Positions 58,188 through 64,000 of a stretch of 64,000 bases of DNA are shown in pieces (position 1 is the stretch's first letter; every line of letters begins with the position of its first letter). Position numbers and translations under genes: made by a program. The notes under the pieces were generated by a model that was not told the DNA's origin, ran no database searches, and saw nothing but the letters and a program-made list of their open reading frames with translations. Location of the stretch: positions 32,001 through 96,000 of the IMG/VR virus record IMGVR_UViG_3300007747_000009, one strand, 5' to 3'. Source of the stretch: a virus. Lineage: Duplodnaviria; Caudoviricetes.

Positions 58188-59657
58188 ATGAACGAATTAA
58201 ATGTAAACCTAATCCTAAATGCTGACTCATATAAAGTTGGTCACAAATCAATGATTAAACATGGTGTCAAAGCTATGATGGGTGTAATTACTGGTCGTAA
58301 GAGCAGCAAATATACTTCTCATTTGACCTTTAAAGGCATTCAATATACAATCAAACGTTACATTGATATCCAAATTACTGAAGCTGATATTGATGAAGCT
58401 GAGTTGGAAGTAACAGAACAAGGTGGACGTTTCGACCGTACCCCTTGGGAAAAGATTGTAAAGGAACATAATGGTAAATTACCTATTCGTATCCGTGCTC
58501 TACCAGAAGGTACGGTTGTACCGGTTGGTGTACCACTTGTAACAGTTGAAGCAGTTGGTGAAGAATTTGCGTTCCTATCAGCTTATGTTGAAACTTGTAT
58601 TCAACGTGGTGTTTGGTTCCCTACGACCGTAGCTACTAACGCTCGCAGCATCAAAGAAATACTAATTGAAACAATGCTACGCCATGCTGGTCATAAATTT
58701 GTAAACTATCATCTTCATAATTTTGGAGATCGCAGTGCACATGTTTATGAAGCAGCTATTGTTGCTGGTATGGCACACGCAGTATACTTTGACGGTTCGG
58801 ATTCTCTAGTAACTAACCGTTACATTAAAAAGTACTACAATACTAAAAAATCATATCTTTCTTCAGTAGATGCGTCTGAACATTCAGTATCGTGTTCTAA
58901 TGCTGATGCAGACAAACGTGATGATTTTAATATGGCACTAAAAATGGTTCGCCATTGGGAAGACCAAATTGATCAACACAATATCGATGGTAAAGGAACT
59001 ACTGTAACATCAGTAGTGATTGATACATACGATGCTAAACGTTTTGCTCGTGAGTATATCGGTACTCGTTTGAAAGATACAATTGTTGAAATCGGCACTA
59101 CTAAAGGTGGTCGTTTAGTACTACGCCCTGATAGTGGTAATCCAGTAACAATGCCAATTGAAATCCTTGAAATCCTACTAGAGAAGTTTGGATACACGGT
59201 GAACGAATTTGGTTATAAAGTACTACCAAGTTTTATCGGTGTTCTACAAGGTGATGGTATCAATGAAGAAAGTATTCGTGATATTATTGCGTTACTTGAT
59301 GAGAAGAAAATCTCAATTGAGAACATTGTATTTGGTATGGGTAGTAAATTGGTTGACCCAGAAGGAGGTCGTGATCTATTCAGCTTCGCAATGAAATCTG
59401 TTGCACAGCTAGAAGAAGATAACAAGTGGAAAGACCTATTCAAAGATCCAATTACTGATGTTGGTAAACGTTCCCTACGTGGTCGTGTAACTACTTACAA
59501 ATGTAAGGTAACTGGTAAAATCTTTGCAGAACGTGTAGAACTTCAAGAAATTAACAAACAGCTAGAGGATATGCTAGTTGATATGTACGTGAATGGTATT
59601 ACCATGAACGAAAGTAATTTTGATGAAGTGCGTGAGCGTGCAAACAAATATCTATAA
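58188..59657 (+). CDS. nadV: nicotinamide phosphoribosyltransferase
   Basis: DSYKVGH, HNFGDR, ASEHS, VIDTYD, RPDSG, QGDG, FGMG, KDPITD.GK.S..G. Confidence 0.93.
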   Translation: MNELNVNLILNADSYKVGHKSMIKHGVKAMMGVITGRKSSKYTSHLTFKGIQYTIKRYIDIQITEADIDEAELEVTEQGGRFDRTPWEKIVKEHNGKLPIRIRALPEGTVVPVGVPLVTVEAVGEEFAFLSAYVETCIQRGVWFPTTVATNARSIKEILIETMLRHAGHKFVNYHLHNFGDRSAHVYEAAIVAGMAHAVYFDGSDSLVTNRYIKKYYNTKKSYLSSVDASEHSVSCSNADADKRDDFNMALKMVRHWEDQIDQHNIDGKGTTVTSVVIDTYDAKRFAREYIGTRLKDTIVEIGTTKGGRLVLRPDSGNPVTMPIEILEILLEKFGYTVNEFGYKVLPSFIGVLQGDGINEESIRDIIALLDEKKISIENIVFGMGSKLVDPEGGRDLFSFAMKSVAQLEEDNKWKDLFKDPITDVGKRSLRGRVTTYKCKVTGKIFAERVELQEINKQLEDMLVDMYVNGITMNESNFDEVRERANKYL

Positions 59658-59664
59658 TAATTAG

Positions 59665-59691
59665 GGGAGACATTCAGTCTCCCTTCCTTTT
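59665..59691 (+). terminator. terminator after nadV
   Basis: GGGAGAC-attca-GTCTCCC then a pyrimidine/T tail. Confidence 0.7.
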
Positions 59692-59727
59692 AATCTAATA
59701 ACTTATATACTTTTATAGGAATAAAAA

Positions 59728-60399
59728 ATGAAATGGTCTGATTTTAAAGCACGGTTACCAGAGTTTGTGATTCCATTACACGATAAAAAATGGACACTTG
59801 AAGAGTTTAAAAAAGGAATCATTGAACTTAATGATTTTGATATGAATGATCCAGATGATGTGGAAGAATATGAACATGACATTGACTTGGATTCTGACGG
59901 TGCTATAATCGTTGGTAAACCGTCTGGTGATGATTGGACAATCGGAATGATGTTTGGATTCCAAAACTCTGATGGTTGGTTGGACGATACATCGTCAATT
60001 GAGTACATTACACAGCGTCACTGGAAAGAACTCGAAGAACATAATCTAGTTGACTTGCGGTCAATGGAAAGTTATATTGCAGTACTAACTGGTAATTTAA
60101 CATCCAATGAGTTTGATGATCTTAAAGGTGATAAACTAAGTAAAGAAGTGATTTTGTTTATGTCTGAACTAATTGGTCAATCATTATTCAGTACTAACTC
60201 AATCGACGTATCTAGTACTGCTGATTGTAAAAAATTTATTATTGATGCGTACAATAGCAAAGTAAAACGTGTCAAAAAAGAAAAATGGGGTAACTTAGAA
60301 TTCCGTCTTTTTGAAGATGAAGATGGTGAACAGTACACAATTGTAAGTTATAAAGATAAATTAATTTCACACTATCCGTTTAGTTACACTGAGGATTAA
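59728..60399 (+). CDS. hypothetical acidic protein
   Basis: AGGA RBS. Confidence 0.8.
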   Translation: MKWSDFKARLPEFVIPLHDKKWTLEEFKKGIIELNDFDMNDPDDVEEYEHDIDLDSDGAIIVGKPSGDDWTIGMMFGFQNSDGWLDDTSSIEYITQRHWKELEEHNLVDLRSMESYIAVLTGNLTSNEFDDLKGDKLSKEVILFMSELIGQSLFSTNSIDVSSTADCKKFIIDAYNSKVKRVKKEKWGNLEFRLFEDEDGEQYTIVSYKDKLISHYPFSYTED

Positions 60400-60401
60400 A
60401 C

Positions 60402-60620
60402 ATGAATATTGTGATTATGATTTTATTGTACTTAATTTCTACCGGATGTTATTGGGTCATATATACACTAACAACTATTGGCTGGTACAGCCATAACTAC
60501 GAAACCAATAAGATGGATTTTGACTACAAAGGCCACTTCCATGCATTTAAAAGTGTTATCATACCTCTCACAATAGCACTCATTATGATCTATGTACTAA
60601 TACCAGTAGTATTCTTATAA
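60402..60620 (+). CDS. small membrane protein
   Basis: Two hydrophobic segments, GAGGA RBS. Confidence 0.65.
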   Translation: MNIVIMILLYLISTGCYWVIYTLTTIGWYSHNYETNKMDFDYKGHFHAFKSVIIPLTIALIMIYVLIPVVFL

Positions 60621-60630
60621 GGATAACAAT

Positions 60631-60786
60631 ATGACACATTGCAATCAGTGTAACAAAGATACACCAAGTACCGAAAATAAATTCAAAGATATAGTATACT
60701 CGGAAGATGGTGAGTACTTAACAGTTTATGTATGGAGCTGTTTGGAGTGCGGTGCACACAAATCCAATGAATCGAGTGTAGAATAA
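60631..60786 (+). CDS. small Zn-ribbon protein (51 aa)
   Basis: AAGGA RBS; CNQC...CLECG; not in the ORF track. Confidence 0.65.
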   Translation: MTHCNQCNKDTPSTENKFKDIVYSEDGEYLTVYVWSCLECGAHKSNESSVE

Positions 60787-60787
60787 T

Positions 60788-61207
60788 ATGTCTGTACAAT
60801 TTAAAAGTTCACCACTTCATAAGTCTAACATTATTAGACTAGCCAGTATGTATAAGGATCTCAATAATCCCGAAATAAGTAGTTTTGATAGAGAACGTGC
60901 ATATTTTAGATATGCACATCTGGAAGAGTTGATTACTAATCAATTACCTAAAGTTGATATAGAAACCGGACACGTAACTGGACTAACAAAATTACATGAT
61001 GGGTACACATTTAAAATTAATAATAAAAAGTACTTTTACCGTAACACAAATGAATCCAGTAACTTCTTTCCATACAATCCGTACATAGTTTCGGTTTACA
61101 ATGGAGGACAATATGAAGATGGGACTAATATTTTATATATTATCAAACAGGAACGTTTTGAACGAGATGTAGTTGTTCTTATGGGTAGTATATCTGAGGT
61201 AACGTAA
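60788..61207 (+). CDS. hypothetical protein
   Basis: Clean ORF. Confidence 0.7.
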   Translation: MSVQFKSSPLHKSNIIRLASMYKDLNNPEISSFDRERAYFRYAHLEELITNQLPKVDIETGHVTGLTKLHDGYTFKINNKKYFYRNTNESSNFFPYNPYIVSVYNGGQYEDGTNILYIIKQERFERDVVVLMGSISEVT

Positions 61208-61209
61208 AC

Positions 61210-61638
61210 ATGCCATTTTCGCCGCTTTGCACGGTTTTCACGGATTTCGCCAATTACAAACTTAATCATTTGTGTAAAGTAATTCACACGTTAGTTAAGG
61301 ATTCTTCTGAAATTTCGTTATTTTTAGAACATTTTAATGAGTATAAAGAATCAATTGTACTATCAACACCATCAGCTATTGAAAGTATTGCTATATCAAG
61401 AGAATACGATAATTCTACAACTTATATAATTTGTTTAACTGATACTAAGATTCGTATCAACAATATGGGTGATGGAACTAGAAATGGTTTGAATCCAGTG
61501 TATGGGAATGAAGTTTTATCGGCGTTTGTTTACTCAGTACCCAATTGTGATATAAAATATTTACATATAATAACTGATGTTTCTGTGTTCATGTACCGGG
61601 GTAAAATCTCTATAGAATCCAGTAAATACGGTATGTAG
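61210..61638 (+). CDS. hypothetical protein
   Basis: GAGG RBS. Confidence 0.65.
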   Translation: MPFSPLCTVFTDFANYKLNHLCKVIHTLVKDSSEISLFLEHFNEYKESIVLSTPSAIESIAISREYDNSTTYIICLTDTKIRINNMGDGTRNGLNPVYGNEVLSAFVYSVPNCDIKYLHIITDVSVFMYRGKISIESSKYGM

Positions 61639-61657
61639 AACATAATAAGGATATAAA

Positions 61658-62104
61658 ATGGCAGGAAACGGATTTGTTGCTTTGAAGCTTGATGCATCAC
61701 AGGGACGAGAGATACAAAAAATATTTAAGACAGCCGGAATAAAATGCTTGACACCATCTGAATTTCATGTTACTGTTATATACGATGAGTCAGATCCAGA
61801 GATCGATCTTCTTTCGAACACAAAAACATACGAAGCAAAGATCACTGGGATCGAGCGTTTAGGCAAAAAGGGATCGAAGTACGAGGCAATAGCTCTGATA
61901 CTTAAATCACCACAGATCGATAAACGACACAAAGAGTTGAAGAATGCTGGATTTAAGCATAAGTACCCAGATTTTAAGTGCCATATGAGTATTGTATATC
62001 AACCATCTAGTACAGATGAAGATATTCTCAAACTAGTACATGATCTTGGAGTACTACCTAAAACTCTTAAATTTGGTAAGGAATATATGGGAAAAACAAA
62101 GTGA
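61658..62104 (+). CDS. acb1: Acb1-like (T4 gp57B) 2H phosphoesterase, anti-CBASS nuclease
   Basis: Two 2H motifs, FHVTVIY and CHMSIVY, spaced and flanked as in T4 57B (H....AG..H....F..H....Y). Confidence 0.8.
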   Translation: MAGNGFVALKLDASQGREIQKIFKTAGIKCLTPSEFHVTVIYDESDPEIDLLSNTKTYEAKITGIERLGKKGSKYEAIALILKSPQIDKRHKELKNAGFKHKYPDFKCHMSIVYQPSSTDEDILKLVHDLGVLPKTLKFGKEYMGKTK

Positions 62105-62111
62105 GGATCTA

Positions 62112-62873
62112 ATGGATTTACAAAAGTTTTTGGATAACAAAGGTAAAAAAAGACTATTAGTAGTATCTGGTGCTGGACTATCTGCTGAATCGGGGATTAG
62201 TACTTTTAGATATGATGAAGACGCTTTATGGGAAAATACCAATGTCAATCATGTTTGTAATATCGCGAACCTTTCTTCTCATTATTTTACAGTCCATTCA
62301 TTTTATAACACATTGCGTGTAAACTTGAAGGATAAACAACCTAACGCTGCTCATCATACGATAGCTGAATTAGAGAAACAATATGGTGATGATCTATTCT
62401 TACACATTACTACTAATGTAGATGATCTATATGAACGTGCAGGTGGTACAGCTATGCACTTACATGGCGATCTTTTAGAGGTAATCGAGAACTATTCACT
62501 AGCTGATAACTCATATAAAGTTGTGAATGTAGGATACAATGCTTACATTCCAAAAGACGGTGTATATGCAAAGCCTAATATAGTAATGTTCGGGGAGTAT
62601 GAACGTTACGTTGGTGGTGATCGTGTAAATTTATATGAAGATAGGAATAAAGTACTTGCATCATTAACAGATCTTGATACAGTACTTATTATTGGTTCAT
62701 CTGATACAGTAATTAAATGGTCGATGATGATAGGTTGCTCGCCAGCGTACACTTACAATGTTAACATTCGCAAGAGTGCTAATGATTGGATGTTCACTGA
62801 GAAAATCTATGAACCTGCATCTAAGGCCATCCCACAAATAAAGAATGCTGTATTATTGAGGATGGATTTATGA
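62112..62873 (+). CDS. Sir2/CobB-family NAD-dependent deacylase
   Basis: SGAGLSAESGISTFR, PNAAH, TTNVDDL.ERAG, HLHG, KPNIVMFGE, IGSS. Confidence 0.9.
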   Translation: MDLQKFLDNKGKKRLLVVSGAGLSAESGISTFRYDEDALWENTNVNHVCNIANLSSHYFTVHSFYNTLRVNLKDKQPNAAHHTIAELEKQYGDDLFLHITTNVDDLYERAGGTAMHLHGDLLEVIENYSLADNSYKVVNVGYNAYIPKDGVYAKPNIVMFGEYERYVGGDRVNLYEDRNKVLASLTDLDTVLIIGSSDTVIKWSMMIGCSPAYTYNVNIRKSANDWMFTEKIYEPASKAIPQIKNAVLLRMDL

Positions 62874-63238
62874 GTGTTACAGTTAAAACATTTGTACTAT
62901 ATGGGACGGACGTAGATATTTCTAATTTTGATACGTCTAAATTTGCCGATAAAGAGGAATATGTTGATTACTTATATGATGTAATTAACAAGAATGATTC
63001 ACCATATAAATTGATATATGATGAAGATACTGATTCACATTGCTTTGGTTATGTAATTGATGAATCAATTGATAGTAATTGGGAAAGCAAGTACTTAAAG
63101 AGTACTACTTTTTCTGAAATGCGTAGCCATATAACAGATAACGTGCGTGAAGCATTGGACTGGATCTTAATGCTTCAGTTTGACAAACGCTCAAAGAATT
63201 GTTATATTGATTATAGGATATTGACAGTTTATTGCTAA
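62870..63238 (+). CDS. hypothetical protein
   Basis: Coupled ORF. Confidence 0.7.
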   Translation: MSVTVKTFVLYGTDVDISNFDTSKFADKEEYVDYLYDVINKNDSPYKLIYDEDTDSHCFGYVIDESIDSNWESKYLKSTTFSEMRSHITDNVREALDWILMLQFDKRSKNCYIDYRILTVYC

Positions 63239-63247
63239 GAAGGTAGA

Positions 63248-63805
63248 ATGGAATATAAAGAACTACCATTTGGAACACGCAGTCCTAAACATGATTGTGT
63301 GTTCGTTTGGATATATGCAAAAAACTGTACACCTTACCAGAACTACCCATACAATGATATTCCAAATGTAACGTTGATGTTGAGCGAACTACGCTGGGAT
63401 GGTTTGATGGGTGGTGTTGGTGGGGCAGTAGAAACTGACGATATTTCGTTAGAAGAAGCAGTTAAACGAGAAGCATGGGAAGAAATTCATTACGACTTAC
63501 CAGTCGGACGTCTTGAACCACTACTCACCTTAAAGAATTTTTCAGGATCACACAACCATAGTTTCTCATTAGAAGTATCTTATGAGGAATTAGTACAGAT
63601 CCGTAATAACGCTCACTTAGGTGAGCACTTCAGTGCCGAAAATGCTGGAGTTAACTTAGTTCATATTTGTAGATACATGAAGCCCAATAAGGTTGAGTGT
63701 GGTTACAAATGGTTCTTAGAACAACAGTTTATCGGTTCGTCAAAGCAGGAGTTAGAGTACTTGGTAGATACCAAGGGCTTGCTTGTAAATTATACAGGAA
63801 AATAA
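63248..63805 (+). CDS. Nudix hydrolase, NUDT16-like
   Basis: RWDG.MG..GG.VE....LEEAVKREAWEE Nudix box; C-terminal FLEQQFIGSSKQEL. Confidence 0.8.
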   Translation: MEYKELPFGTRSPKHDCVFVWIYAKNCTPYQNYPYNDIPNVTLMLSELRWDGLMGGVGGAVETDDISLEEAVKREAWEEIHYDLPVGRLEPLLTLKNFSGSHNHSFSLEVSYEELVQIRNNAHLGEHFSAENAGVNLVHICRYMKPNKVECGYKWFLEQQFIGSSKQELEYLVDTKGLLVNYTGK

Positions 63806-63806
63806 A

Positions 63807-64000
63807 ATGTATAAGATGTTTCTAGATGACTTGCGGGATGCTGAAAAGTACTACCCCAATCAAGGTTTTGTAACAATGAGAACGTATTATGATGCTGTTG
63901 AATACGTGAAGGAACATGGTGTTCCTGAAATGATCTCGTTTGATCATGACCTTGGGGATGAAGCAAGTGATGAAATGACCGGATACAGTTTCGCAAAATT
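63807..64000 (+). CDS. cyclic-phosphate-processing receiver-like domain protein (partial)
   Basis: MYKMFLDDLRD...RTYYDAVEY...ISFDHDLG...TGY; runs off the window; not in the ORF track. Confidence 0.7.
   Translation, partial: MYKMFLDDLRDAEKYYPNQGFVTMRTYYDAVEYVKEHGVPEMISFDHDLGDEASDEMTGYSFAK

Noticed and set aside
58188-59657. NARP1 (Namat plus Adps)
   Set aside because: No PRPP-synthetase-like Adps gene is nearby and the partner is an NMNAT-Nudix, which fits NARP2/NadV-NatV.
1-64000. tRNA/rRNA genes, integrase, transposase
   Set aside because: None recognised. The many 60-110 aa nested or antisense ORFs in the track were treated as shadows of real genes.

Overview
This AT-rich (~30% GC), densely coding window runs almost entirely on the + strand and comes from a large lytic dsDNA phage. 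Gene content resembles Rak2/GAP32-type jumbo myophages of Enterobacterales; that assignment is inferred, not searched. (1) About 1.1-21.0 kb is a tandem array of ~35 paralogous 150-230 aa genes that share a short C-proximal motif E-E-x-[YHL]-F-Q-x-S-x-[ILV]-Y around hypervariable cores. Six more copies lie at 30.0-34.6 kb, and an ADP-ribosyltransferase-like gene sits inside the array. (2) A ~650 nt ORF-free, multi-stem region at 25.55-26.21 kb has its own promoter and is a candidate large ncRNA. (3) Accessory enzymes include a Dam-family methyltransferase, an HxGH nucleotidyltransferase, an HD alarmone hydrolase, RNA ligase 1 and Pnk, a free-standing HNH endonuclease, phosphoesterases, a Pth2-like protein, DNA ligase, ClpP, dCMP deaminase and two Ig-domain virion proteins. 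(4) An NAD/nucleotide counter-defence block at 56.5-64 kb encodes NadM-Nudix and NadV (NARP2-type), an Acb1-like 2H phosphoesterase, a sirtuin, a Nudix closely resembling animal NUDT16 and a cyclic-phosphate receiver domain. The palindrome GTAC/AGTACT is strongly over-represented, and three promoter classes can be read from the sequence. All calls come from reading motifs by eye; no searches were run.
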